A stretch of DNA of 64,000 bases, from the IMG/VR virus record IMGVR_UViG_3300020187_000015, positions 1-64,000 of that record; one strand, 5' to 3'. This document shows positions 1 through 9,121 of this stretch, piece after piece. Source of the stretch: a virus. The notes beneath the pieces were generated by a model that was given only the letters and a program-made list of their open reading frames with translations, was not told the DNA's origin and ran no database searches. The position numbers and the translations under genes are program-made. Each line of letters starts with the position of its first letter. Within the stretch, counting starts at the first letter, position 1.

Positions 1-39
1 GGATGTTTGTGGGTCGAGTAGTATAGCTTTAGTCTTCAT
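1..39 (-). CDS. 5' part of an early hypothetical gene (MKTKAILLDPQTS...), truncated by window edge
   Basis: ATG at 39 downstream of promoter TTGACG-N16-TACCTT (~91-118). Confidence 0.55.
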   Translation of the reverse strand, partial: MKTKAILLDPQTS

Positions 40-329
40 AGGTTTGATAAGGTAAGGTTGTTTGAGCTGAATTGCTCCCCTACAGACATGAAGGTATACC
101 AACGGATAGGGTCGTCAATGGCTAAATGAAGAAAAACGAATCTTTTTTTCATGCCATAGGCGAGCAGCGTTGCCTTGATATCAAGGTAACATAGTGAACA
201 AGTGATCAGTTTCTAACGATCAGTATGATCACGATTATAAAGGCTAGTATCAGCATGTGCGTATATATATATTTGAGAGTATTTGAAAGGAAAAGAGGAC
301 GCCGACTATTTCGACGTCCTCGGATATTC

Positions 330-461
330 CTAATCGTTTGCTTTATGCCATTTGCTTTCTTGGATTTGTCTTGCTTGGTCGTCGAGTTTTAATCCAACGA
401 ATGCCGCATACCCGATTAAGCAACCTAGCATTAGGATTGCAATCAATTCAAACACTTTCAT
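330..461 (-). CDS. small membrane-anchored protein (43 aa)
   Basis: Manually read ORF MKVFELIAILMLGCLIGYAAFVGLK...; overlaps end of 448-891; followed by hairpin; loosely resembles 6318-6515. Confidence 0.55.
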   Translation of the reverse strand: MKVFELIAILMLGCLIGYAAFVGLKLDDQARQIQESKWHKAND

Positions 462-891
462 TGATCAATTCCTTTCCTTTTTGCTTTAGGCTTACAAGTC
501 CGCTTTCCTTTACAGTGATGCAAAGTGGCTTTTGGCTTGGTTTGATTTTTGGCAACATTTGCTTGGCAACATTTGCCGCAACTTTTACACCATCAACTAG
601 GTAAAACACTTTGAGAGATTGCCCCAAGTAAAGTCTCAAATAGCGGTTGCCCTTGTGGGTGATTGCGTAGGGGTAAGATTCCCATTCGCCCCAAGGCAGT
701 GATCCAACTTCCTTTCCGCTTTCCTTAACTTCTTTTTGATTGCGGAACTCAATACCAGTGCGGACAGTGCAAAGAATTACCTTTGTAATGTCATGCTGTG
801 CATAGGCTTTGAGTGGCTTCTTTTTAGAGACGATCCGAGCAATGGCAAAAGAGCCTTTGCGAAGTGTTTGTAGTGCATTCAGTTTATTCAT
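448..891 (-). CDS. basic hypothetical phage protein, paralogue of 5152-5586
   Basis: Shares LPWGEWESYPYAITHKGNRYLRLYLGQS with 5152-5586; own promoter. Confidence 0.85.
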   Translation of the reverse strand: MNKLNALQTLRKGSFAIARIVSKKKPLKAYAQHDITKVILCTVRTGIEFRNQKEVKESGKEVGSLPWGEWESYPYAITHKGNRYLRLYLGQSLKVFYLVDGVKVAANVAKQMLPKIKPSQKPLCITVKESGLVSLKQKGKELINESV

Positions 892-1091
892 GTGCTATAA
901 GGTCGAGTTGTTTGAGCTGAATTGCCCCCCGACATCCATGACAGTAGGGCAATGAATATATGCGTCAAGTGCATAAATAAATCTTTTTAAAAAAAAATCA
1001 TAGCATATATATGGTATGAAAAGGTCCGATCACGCTATAAGTTGATGCAAAGTAGAAGTATAAAGATGATGATGAATATCATTTTGTTTGG

Positions 1092-1155
1092 CTATTATTG
1101 AGTTATTATTGAGTTATTATTGAGTTATTATTGAGTTATTATTGAGTTATTATTT
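1092..1155. repeat. 11-bp tandem repeat (TTATTATTGAG) x~5.8
   Basis: Directly visible; one of the intergenic TATT arrays. Confidence 0.95.
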
Positions 1156-1225
1156 AAACGATCTGATGTATTTGGAAGAAAAGGAGCGATCAGATATTAA
1201 GTCCAGTCGCGCCTATGTCTCATCT

Positions 1226-1648
1226 TTAGACACTTGCCACGCCAAAGATGTTTTCTCGACCATAATAGGATAGCAGGTCGGTGATCTTTTGTGGCATCGG
1301 AAGCTCCTTCCACTGATCTGCACTTAAACCAGTGTATGAGTAGATCGAATCAAACTCGACCCAATCGAACTCTGAAAAGACATCGATGTCGCTATCGAAG
1401 AAGCAGTGGTCGAAGGCAGTGAATTCGCCTTTCGAGCCGTTCCACTCGACGCCATAAACAAACTTGGTTTTACTCCCAAGAACTTGCCATGCGACGCCAT
1501 ATTCCTTTAAGGAGATGTCGATTGAAACGTCTTGTCCCTCGAAACTGCTTTCTCCGAAGGTGCTGATTAGATGGTCGTATGTGAATGACATGGTATAAAA
1601 GCGATTAAGGAAATCGCGACCTTTAGGTTGAAATGGCAACAGCGCCAT
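1226..1648 (-). CDS. acidic hypothetical early protein (alternative start 1591, MSFTYD)
   Basis: Single ORF in a cassette with TTGACT promoter at ~1683-1688. Confidence 0.75.
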   Translation of the reverse strand: MALLPFQPKGRDFLNRFYTMSFTYDHLISTFGESSFEGQDVSIDISLKEYGVAWQVLGSKTKFVYGVEWNGSKGEFTAFDHCFFDSDIDVFSEFDWVEFDSIYSYTGLSADQWKELPMPQKITDLLSYYGRENIFGVASV

Positions 1649-1694
1649 GCCACAAATAGAATAGAATAGAATAGCGATTGCAAGTCAAAATTGA

Positions 1695-1758
1695 GAAAAA
1701 CGCGCACCAGATACGCAATAATTCTAGAATGATTCCAAATAAGATTCGCTAATAGTAG
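1695..1758. repeat. ~64-bp intergenic repeat, copy 1 (copy 2 at ~3018-3080; partial at 4946-4980)
   Basis: AAAAAACGCG(C/T)ACCAGATACGCAATAATTCTAGAATGATTC(C/T)AAATAAG shared. Confidence 0.9.
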
Positions 1759-1839
1759 ATGTTTTAGACGGGTGATCGATGTAATAAGATACCAGGGTAA
1801 TCGATGCAATATGGTGATAGGTCAATGTCAGCATAATCA

Positions 1840-1930
1840 TATTATTTGGCTTAAATTATTTCTAATATTTGGCTTAGTTTATTTCTAATATTTGGCTTAG
1901 TTTATTTACGATATTTGATTCCGAATTATT
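1840..1930. repeat. TATTT array with 23-bp higher-order unit (TATTTCTAATATTTGGCTTAGTT)
   Basis: Directly visible. Confidence 0.85.
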
Positions 1931-1935
1931 AAGCC

Positions 1936-1965
1936 AAAAAAAAGGGACTCCCGAAAGAGTCCCTT
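1936..1965 (-). terminator. intrinsic terminator
   Basis: AAGGGACTC-TTTCG-GGAGTCCCTT hairpin plus T-run on minus strand right after 1971 stop. Confidence 0.85.
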
Positions 1966-1970
1966 TGAAT

Positions 1971-2774
1971 TTATGCTACTAGTTCGGCCAGCTTGTCCGT
2001 ATCGATCGATAAGACGCCTTTGGCGCGGTTTTCATCACTTGAAACACCATTGGTATTCCTATAAGACTTGAAGTGATTCTCGTACTCCGTGACAGCGTTG
2101 AACAAGTCCCACGAATTTTCTCCACGGTTCCCTTTCCCGCTTACGAACAATTCACGAATCTCCTCACGAATGTTTTCCGAACGCTTGGAATCGCCTTTGA
2201 CAATTCTCTCTAAACGTTCGTCAACTTCGGGAGCAGACAAACGGATTGCTTTCAAGTCTTCGGCAAGTTGGATGTAGTGTTGTTTCATCCCGCTGAATCC
2301 ATCCAAAGCAAATTGGATGCGTTCGTTGGAAAGGCCTTGCCAGTTCGCTGTAAAGCGTGTGACAGCAGTCCCTTCACTTTTCCATCCCATCATCCCGTTG
2401 GAACAAATCTGTACTAGCATTTGTAAGCCGAACTTGTCGGAACAGGAACTATTCAAACTCCCGAATCTACTGATTCGGCATTCAGTCGATCGACCGCCAA
2501 GGTCAACCGTTCCGAATGGCATTGATATGTTATAGAGCGTGCCTTCTGCTCCGTGACTTGACCGCATAAGGTTAACCGAAGGGTCAAACTCAGTCTGCAT
2601 CCCGTTTGACAACTTAACGAACGGGTCGAGCAATTGCTCGAACGTAGGAACAGCACGATCATTTCCAACCGTTGCCGAATACTCTCCATTAATGCGAACT
2701 TCTTTGAACTCTACGTTCAAAGCGTGTTCAGTGATGTCGAGTGCGAGTACTTCTTGTGCATTTACTTTTTTCAT
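1971..2774 (-). CDS. DUF932/DUF945-like protein, paralogue of 4003-4806
   Basis: ICSNGM and GxNSWDLFNAVTEYENH motifs typical of DUF932. Confidence 0.75.
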   Translation of the reverse strand: MKKVNAQEVLALDITEHALNVEFKEVRINGEYSATVGNDRAVPTFEQLLDPFVKLSNGMQTEFDPSVNLMRSSHGAEGTLYNISMPFGTVDLGGRSTECRISRFGSLNSSCSDKFGLQMLVQICSNGMMGWKSEGTAVTRFTANWQGLSNERIQFALDGFSGMKQHYIQLAEDLKAIRLSAPEVDERLERIVKGDSKRSENIREEIRELFVSGKGNRGENSWDLFNAVTEYENHFKSYRNTNGVSSDENRAKGVLSIDTDKLAELVA

Positions 2775-2947
2775 ATATATGTTTATGTGTGGTTAGTTTT
2801 TAGTTTTCGGGATTTCCAATAATGAATTCTAGTTTTCAAAAAGCAGTTTCGGGCGATTGCTAGAATCCCGCTCCCGACTTACTTTTTAAACGTTCACACT
2901 GCTCACCCATCAAAGGCCGATCAAAGCCAGAGTGGAAAAGTAGGAAA

Positions 2948-2960
2948 ATGTCAAAGAACA
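2948..2960 (-). promoter_or_regulatory. boxA-like antitermination element just after promoter
   Basis: TGTTCTTTGACAT resembles rrn boxA; similar TGTTCTTTTAACC at 3709-3721. Confidence 0.5.
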
Positions 2961-3301
2961 GGCTATAAACAAAGGCATTTGAAAAGGCCTGTCAATGGCA
3001 TAAACAAATCTTTTTAAAAAAAACGCGTACCAGATACGCAATAATTCTAGAATGATTCTAAATAAGTTTTACTAATAGTGGATAAATTGACAGCACATAC
3101 CAAGGGGATTCACTAGCCTTAGCCTACCCATATTATTTGCCCAGATTGCGGCCACTCTTATTAAGCTTATTTCAGACTATTATTTGGCTCAGATTATTTG
3201 TTCTATTTGATCTACTTTATTTAAATCTATTTGGAGTATCTGGACACAAAAAATCTCCTGCCATATTTCAGACAGGAGATGAATTGGTTGGCTTTCTGGT
3301 C

Positions 3302-3667
3302 TTATCCGTAAGAGATGAATCCCTCTGGAAGAGTCGCCGCACCGATAGGCTCTTCCCATCGCGCTTCCCAAGCTTCCCAAGCGCGTTCAAATGCCTTAAG
3401 AACGTCTGAATCGGCATTAGCCTTCCAACTCCAGTCCGCTACAGTCTCACAGGCATCGTTGCCAAGGATTACGAAAGCGGTGATCAGATGCCCTTCTTTC
3501 TCAAAGGTTAATGCACCCTCTTCACATGAGCATGCCCATTCAGCCGAAGCTGTTGGATGATCATGCTTTCGGACTGAACCAGTTCCATCGGTTGAACTGA
3601 TTAGACTGAAACCCTCTTTCTTCTGAAAGCGGATGAATGAGCGAACGATTTGTATGTAGTTTTTCAT
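3302..3667 (-). CDS. hypothetical early protein (start MKNYIQ)
   Basis: AC-rich leader before ATG 3667; hairpin terminator ~3247-3280. Confidence 0.75.
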   Translation of the reverse strand: MKNYIQIVRSFIRFQKKEGFSLISSTDGTGSVRKHDHPTASAEWACSCEEGALTFEKEGHLITAFVILGNDACETVADWSWKANADSDVLKAFERAWEAWEARWEEPIGAATLPEGFISYG

Positions 3668-3955
3668 ATGTATATGTGTGTGTGGTTTATGTGTGCGCAT
3701 CGTGCGCGGGTTAAAAGAACAGCCAGCATTTTCAGCCGATCTCAAAACGGTGTCAATCTTATTCGGTATAAGATTTTTTAATAGTAAATCGATTTTACAT
3801 TAATCCTTTTAATCACATGGTGCAATGATCTACCCTATCTAATCACTACCTTTTATTTGATTTATTTCGCTCTATCCCGTTTATTTTGGGCTATTACTTT
3901 ATTTGATTTATTTTGGGCTATTATAGTTATTTGAGTTGATCTAGTTATTACGCAC

Positions 3956-3984
3956 AAAAAAGCCCTCTCTATTTGAGAGGGCTT
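3956..3984 (-). terminator. intrinsic terminator
   Basis: AAGCCCTCTC-N5-GAGAGGGCTT plus T-run. Confidence 0.85.
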
Positions 3985-4002
3985 GAGAGGGCTTAGGATT
4001 GC

Positions 4003-4806
4003 TTACGCTACCAAGCTTGCTAACTTATCCGTGTCGAGGGCTAAAACGCCTTTAGCGCGATTCTCAGCGCTTGTAACGCCATTTGTGTTGCGATAGACCT
4101 TGTGATGATTCTCATACTCAGTAACAGCGTTGAACAAATCCCATGAGTTTTGCCCACGATTGCCCTTGCCCGAAACAAAAAGCTCGCGGATTTCATCGCG
4201 AATGTTTTCGGCACGCTTAGACTCGCCCTTGACAATACGATTTAAGCGATCAGTGACGCCATCGCTAGTCAAACGAATCGCTTTGAGATCATTAGCTAGT
4301 TCAACATAGTGAGCTTGCATAGAGTCAAACGACCCAAGCGCAAGATCGATGCGCCCTTGTGAGATGCCCTTCCAGTTAGCTGTGAAGCGTGTTACGGCAT
4401 TGCCCTCTGACTTCCAGCCCATCATGCCATTAGAGCAAATCTGAACCAGCATCTGTAAACCAAAGCGATCAGAGCAAGATGAGTTAAGCGACCCGTGACG
4501 CACGATGCGGCATTCTGTATCGCGCTCGCCCAGCTTAATCGTCTTGTATGGCATAGAGATGGAATAAATAGTTCCATCAGCGCCATGACTTGAACGCATT
4601 AGTTTAATCGATGGATTAAACTCGCATTGCATTGCATTTGAGAGATCGACAAAGGGCGCAAGCAATCTGTCGAATGTTGGAATCGAGCGATCATTGCCTA
4701 CTGTCGCGCTATACTCGCCATTAATACGAATCTCTTTAAACTCTACGTTCAAAGCGTGTTCAGTGATATCGAGGGCGAGGGCTTCATTTGCATTTACGTT
4801 TTTCAT
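4003..4806 (-). CDS. DUF932/DUF945-like protein, paralogue of 1971-2774
   Basis: Same length (267 aa), collinear, same motifs. Confidence 0.75.
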   Translation of the reverse strand: MKNVNANEALALDITEHALNVEFKEIRINGEYSATVGNDRSIPTFDRLLAPFVDLSNAMQCEFNPSIKLMRSSHGADGTIYSISMPYKTIKLGERDTECRIVRHGSLNSSCSDRFGLQMLVQICSNGMMGWKSEGNAVTRFTANWKGISQGRIDLALGSFDSMQAHYVELANDLKAIRLTSDGVTDRLNRIVKGESKRAENIRDEIRELFVSGKGNRGQNSWDLFNAVTEYENHHKVYRNTNGVTSAENRAKGVLALDTDKLASLVA

Positions 4807-4945
4807 GATATGATATGTTTTATATGGTTTAATCTAGGTAACTATACGATAGCTACATTGCTCAATAGATAGATCAGTTTACCTTGTGTCAAATTAATTG
4901 CTTTAAAATATATAAAATAATTTTAGCTACCTGTTAGCCATTCAC

Positions 4946-4962
4946 TTTAGAATGATTCTAAA
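4946..4962. promoter_or_regulatory. perfect palindrome TTTAGAATGATTCTAAA (Fur-family/Irr ICE-like box); variants at 1723-1739 and 3046-3062
   Basis: Matches TTTAGAA-N3-TTCTAAA; upstream of three early promoters. Confidence 0.45.
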
Positions 4963-5111
4963 TAAGATTATCTAATACCAGTAAAATCAGATGCACATAG
5001 CTGCATGCCTATGCCCGTATATATTATTTGCATTATTTGTGAGGATTCCTGTTATTTCGATCTATTTGTGAGGATTTCCGTTATTTCGATCTATTTGTTT
5101 TATTTAGACAC

Positions 5112-5142
5112 AAAAAAATCGCTACCCTTTCGAGTAGCGATG
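5112..5142 (-). terminator. intrinsic terminator
   Basis: ATCGCTACTC-GAAA-GGGTAGCGAT plus T-run; related hairpin at ~5844-5872. Confidence 0.85.
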
Positions 5143-5151
5143 TAAATTGTA

Positions 5152-5586
5152 TTACTTAATTAACTCTTTACCCTTCTGCTTGAGGCTAACTAAACCAGCC
5201 TCTTTAACAGTTATGCAAAGCGGCTTTGAAGATGCGCTTGAGCTTGGAAGCATGATCTTGGCTTGGCTAGAAGAAACCTTTACGCCGTCAACTAAATAAA
5301 ACACTTTCATTGACTGACCCAAGTAGAGTCTCAAATAGCGATTGCCTTTGTGAGTAATAGCGTATGGATAGGATTCCCATTCGCCCCAAGGTAGGCTCTT
5401 AGGTTTGATTCCATTGTCTTTTACTTTAGATAGGTTACGATACTCAATACCTGTGCGAACGGTGCAAAGGATGACTTTAGTTATATCGTGCTGAGCAAAA
5501 GCTTTTAAAGGCTTCTTTTTAGATACGATTCTAGCAATGGCAAATGTGCCTTTGCGAAGTGTTTTTAATGCATTTAGTTTATTCAT
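5152..5586 (-). CDS. basic hypothetical phage protein, paralogue of 448-891
   Basis: Collinear high identity to 448-891. Confidence 0.85.
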   Translation of the reverse strand: MNKLNALKTLRKGTFAIARIVSKKKPLKAFAQHDITKVILCTVRTGIEYRNLSKVKDNGIKPKSLPWGEWESYPYAITHKGNRYLRLYLGQSMKVFYLVDGVKVSSSQAKIMLPSSSASSKPLCITVKEAGLVSLKQKGKELIK

Positions 5587-5885
5587 AATGACTTAGTTTT
5601 AATATAGCAGAATTGCTATAACGTATAAAATGACTATCGAAATGCTTGAGTCAAGCAAATGCAGAAAAAAAAATAAAAAAGATTCTAAATCAAATAATTT
5701 AAATTCTACCTAATCCCGTCGATTTCCACGGGTATGAATAAAGGGATTATGTTGACGGATAGACAGGATAGTTTTATTTGCTTTATTTCAGACTATTTGG
5801 GCTATCTATTCTATTTCGATCTATTTGTCTTATTTGGGCAGGAAAAAACCGCCACCCTTTCGAGTGACGGCTTAAACCATATTAC

Positions 5886-6128
5886 TTACACACTTGTCTT
5901 TACATTATAAAAATCAGCCCAAAATTTACCGTCGTTATAAAATTCATAAGCGGCTTGTTTCTCATCTTCATTTTCCTGTTTAAGAAGCCAATACTCTCTA
6001 GCGTCTTCAACGGAATTAAAATGCTCTAGTATATCTTGATCGGAAAAGCATTCGACTACCCAGTGACCACCCTCATCGTAATTGGCGAGAGCGAGTTCTT
6101 TAATTTGATTTACTTTATCTTGTGTCAT
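5886..6128 (-). CDS. acidic hypothetical early protein
   Basis: Cassette ORF with AACCACA leader and terminator. Confidence 0.75.
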   Translation of the reverse strand: MTQDKVNQIKELALANYDEGGHWVVECFSDQDILEHFNSVEDAREYWLLKQENEDEKQAAYEFYNDGKFWADFYNVKTSV

Positions 6129-6317
6129 GTGTTTTTTTGGTTATGTGGTTAATAAATTACTACTGAGCGAGTAGTATCCTATGGCGCACAACTCATGTCA
6201 ACCTTTTTTTTTAAAATAATTTGCCACCTCATCTAATGTTAAAATAGTCTTTTTGCCATTTTCAGTTACAATGAATTGGTTTAGTAGAACGTTTATACTT
6301 ATCTGCATCTATTTGTC

Positions 6318-6515
6318 TTATTTAGTATTATTTAGATTGTAACCTTTTTGCTCCCAAGCTTTCTCTTGCAAATCAATTCTTTTAACTTCTCTATTCTCTG
6401 CTATTTGTAATATTGCGAAGCAAAATAAACTGCATAGAATAGTTGATAATGATATTAAAATAATATTATTTACAATAGTATTCTTTCTAACGCTATTTAT
6501 AATTACAGTTTTCAT
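6318..6515 (-). CDS. small membrane protein
   Basis: One hydrophobic helix. Confidence 0.6.
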   Translation of the reverse strand: MKTVIINSVRKNTIVNNIILISLSTILCSLFCFAILQIAENREVKRIDLQEKAWEQKGYNLNNTK

Positions 6516-6925
6516 TAGTCTGTTTCAATTGCGTCAAGATGATTTTTATGAACCCAAACTTCGTTTACATCTTTATCGCGAACAAGACATAAGTTACCCT
6601 CTTCTTTGATGATCTCTACCCAAATAGCTTTGTTTAAAATTGCTGATTTCATTTTGTTTAATTAGGTTAGTTTACTTCGAGAGGAGAAAGGTCGAGGATA
6701 GGCTCTTCGCAATCTTCGCGAGGAAGACGCTCTACGCCCTCACGCTCAAGGCATGAGTCGATGAAGTCAGACCATTCATAGTCTTGGCGGGCGATTGCTT
6801 CCCAGTATTGACAGGAGAGGTCGTGTAGTTTGTGGTAGTTAATCATGCTTACAGTATAGGTTAAAGAAGTGGCAAGTCAAGCTTATCGCAAAGTTTTTTA
6901 AACTTTTTTAAAGAGCTGACGGCTA

Positions 6926-7252
6926 CTAAGGATAAAGGATAATCTTGGCATAGCGTTGTTCAATATCCTCAATAACCTTACGTTCGTAAGATTGAATGCT
7001 AGGTGTCCCTTCTTTGTAACCATTGCTGGTCTCGCAGTGGGTTCGGTTGCCCTTAGCATCGTATTCATTCTTCCACCAATAACCACGACTGTTCTGATAG
7101 TAGGTCTCTTTGCCGTTGGCACTGTATTCCCGCTTTCTCCAATAGCCATCGCTGTTCTCGTAGTAAGTTTGGTTGCCTTCGGCATCCCAAATCCTGATAG
7201 GGAAATCAAAATCAATCCCTAGTTCTTTGTATGTTTCGCTTAGTGGTTTCAT
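6926..7252 (-). CDS. 21-aa YYE(N/D)S..W repeat protein (YD-like), paralogue 1
   Basis: LSETYKELGIDFxFPI N-cap, repeats, GxKxGTP C-cap. Confidence 0.8.
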   Translation of the reverse strand: MKPLSETYKELGIDFDFPIRIWDAEGNQTYYENSDGYWRKREYSANGKETYYQNSRGYWWKNEYDAKGNRTHCETSNGYKEGTPSIQSYERKVIEDIEQRYAKIILYP

Positions 7253-7635
7253 AGTGCTTTTAATTTGTATTTAATTCCGTCAACTTCTACGACCTTTCCT
7301 TCGCAGGTCTTGGCTGAACGTGGTGTGCCTTCCTTTGTACCACAGCTGTTCTCGTAGTAAGTCTCGCCCCCATTGGCATCACGCTCGTACCTATCCCAGC
7401 AGCCATCGCTGTCCTCGTAATAAAGAACGCCACCATCCGCATCACGCTCCCACTTCTTCCAAGATTTATAGCTGTCCTCGTAGTAAGTAGGGTTGCCACT
7501 GTCATGACGCTCGTACCTCTCCCAGTAGTCATCGCTGTTCTCGTAGTAAGTTGCGTAGCCGTTGGAATCTTCAATTAAGATAGGGAAGCTAAAATCAATC
7601 CCTAGTTCCTTATATATTTCGCTTAGTTTTTTCAT
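7249..7635 (-). CDS. 21-aa YYE(N/D)S..W repeat protein, paralogue 2
   Basis: 63-bp DNA repeats TACTACGAG(A/G)ACAGC. Confidence 0.85.
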   Translation of the reverse strand: MKKLSEIYKELGIDFSFPILIEDSNGYATYYENSDDYWERYERHDSGNPTYYEDSYKSWKKWERDADGGVLYYEDSDGCWDRYERDANGGETYYENSCGTKEGTPRSAKTCEGKVVEVDGIKYKLKAL

Positions 7636-7639
7636 AGTG

Positions 7640-7870
7640 TTATTGTTTAGTTGATTTAGGAGTGCCTCGCTTTACGCCTGTACTGTCCTCATAGTAATCA
7701 ACGTCACCATTGGCATCACGCTCCCTCCGCCGCCAGTAGCCAAAGCTGTCCTCGAAGTAGGTTAGGTTGCCTTCGGCGTTTTTAATCTCGATAGGGAAAG
7801 TGAAGTCGATCCCTAGTTTTTTGTATGTGTCGCTTAGTTTTTTGCGAGATAGTTTTATTTGATCGTTCAT
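7640..7870 (-). CDS. 21-aa YYE(N/D)S..W repeat protein, paralogue 3 (shortest)
   Basis: Same caps, fewer repeats. Confidence 0.8.
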   Translation of the reverse strand: MNDQIKLSRKKLSDTYKKLGIDFTFPIEIKNAEGNLTYFEDSFGYWRRRERDANGDVDYYEDSTGVKRGTPKSTKQ

Positions 7871-7898
7871 GTTTGTGGTTGTGGTTTAACTAGACTGT

Positions 7899-8105
7899 TT
7901 AACGCCCTCTTGTAAATGCTACGGAGCAGTCGATATGACCTCTAACGCCCATGTATAAATAAACGCTATCGTTTGTGCCGTGTTGGCGGGCTGATAATTC
8001 AGTGCAACCACCATAAGTTTTACGCTCGACTGTTAAGCCCTTGCATTCGTTGCGAAGTTTTCGAGCGTGGTAAAGGAAGTTCTGTTTGCTTTGTGTGTTG
8101 GTCAT
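7899..8105 (-). CDS. hypothetical, leaderless
   Basis: TTGACA-N16-CATTCT-N7-ATG. Confidence 0.65.
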   Translation of the reverse strand: MTNTQSKQNFLYHARKLRNECKGLTVERKTYGGCTELSARQHGTNDSVYLYMGVRGHIDCSVAFTRGR

Positions 8106-8480
8106 GGTCAATAGAATGTTTAACTTTTTTTGATTGTCAATACCCTTTTAAAGTTTTCTTCCATAACAGAGACTTTCTTTTCTCCGTATAGTAAATCAAA
8201 CTTTTTAGATTCAACACCCATCTTGCGATTGTGGTTATAGTTCATCTGAGTCAAGAAGTCAATTGCTTCTGGTATTAGGTCTGTGGCTTTTTTCATATGT
8301 ATATAATTTACTACACAAGTGGGCTTGTCAACTTTTTTTTAAAGTTTTTTTGCACTAAAACAAACAAAACCTTTTAAATTTTCCCTCGACAAATAGTCTA
8401 GATTGTTTAAAAGCTACTGGCAATTACATATGCTTACAAGCTATTTTATTATTTCGCCTGTATCATAGTTGTATTTGAAT

Positions 8481-8726
8481 CTATTTAAGATACGGTGCTT
8501 TGACCTGGTTAATCCAAATATTTAGATTTGCCCTAGATACTTCTAAATCATCTAGTTTAAAGCAAAAGCTATTACTTATATCAGATCTATTTGAGTGTCC
8601 AAAATCTAGGTCAACTCTATTACTGCTAATATTATAGTTTAAGAGTTGCCATCCAAAATCAGTTTTCTTTAGAATCAAATCTAAAACTAATGCTTTTATG
8701 TCTTGTGGTAGTGTATCTGTTTTCAT
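8481..8726 (-). CDS. hypothetical protein
   Basis: ORF in early array. Confidence 0.6.
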   Translation of the reverse strand: MKTDTLPQDIKALVLDLILKKTDFGWQLLNYNISSNRVDLDFGHSNRSDISNSFCFKLDDLEVSRANLNIWINQVKAPYLK

Positions 8727-8750
8727 AGTAATAAAAGTTATATAGGAAAA

Positions 8751-8794
8751 GGGAAGCAGTGCAACCTAAAAACACCGCTTCCCATAACCATATG
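8751..8794 (-). terminator. 11-bp hairpin with large U/G loop and U-tail
   Basis: GGGAAGCGGUG/CACUGCUUCCC, loop UUUUUAGGUUG. Confidence 0.7.
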
Positions 8795-9016
8795 TTAACC
8801 GAAAATTCTTTCCATTATATCTTTTGTCAAATCATCTTTTTGGCGATTGAATGTCAAATCGCTTGGAGCATTTTCCGTTGCAATGCTTGGAGCATTGTCG
8901 TCAAGGCTTTTCATGGCTGTGGCATAACTAAGCTTACGTTTCTTAAGTGCAAGTTTTTTGATAAGGGCGAGACGGGCATCTTTTTGAATCTGATTCACTT
9001 GGTCAATTAATTTCAT
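8795..9016 (-). CDS. hypothetical protein (start MKLIDQ)
   Basis: AAACCACATAAACAAA leader before ATG 9016. Confidence 0.7.
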   Translation of the reverse strand: MKLIDQVNQIQKDARLALIKKLALKKRKLSYATAMKSLDDNAPSIATENAPSDLTFNRQKDDLTKDIMERIFG

Positions 9017-9121
9017 TTTGTTTATGTGGTTTATAAGATCAGAATTAATCTTATGCCATGACAATAGGTAGGTGTATAATGATTGTCAATGCCTTTTTTA
9101 ATTTTTTTTTAAAAAAAATAA

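Noticed and set aside
200-2010. GATC clustering as a Dam/SeqA signal
   Set aside because: About 14 sites in ~2 kb, only roughly twice expectation; too weak without statistics
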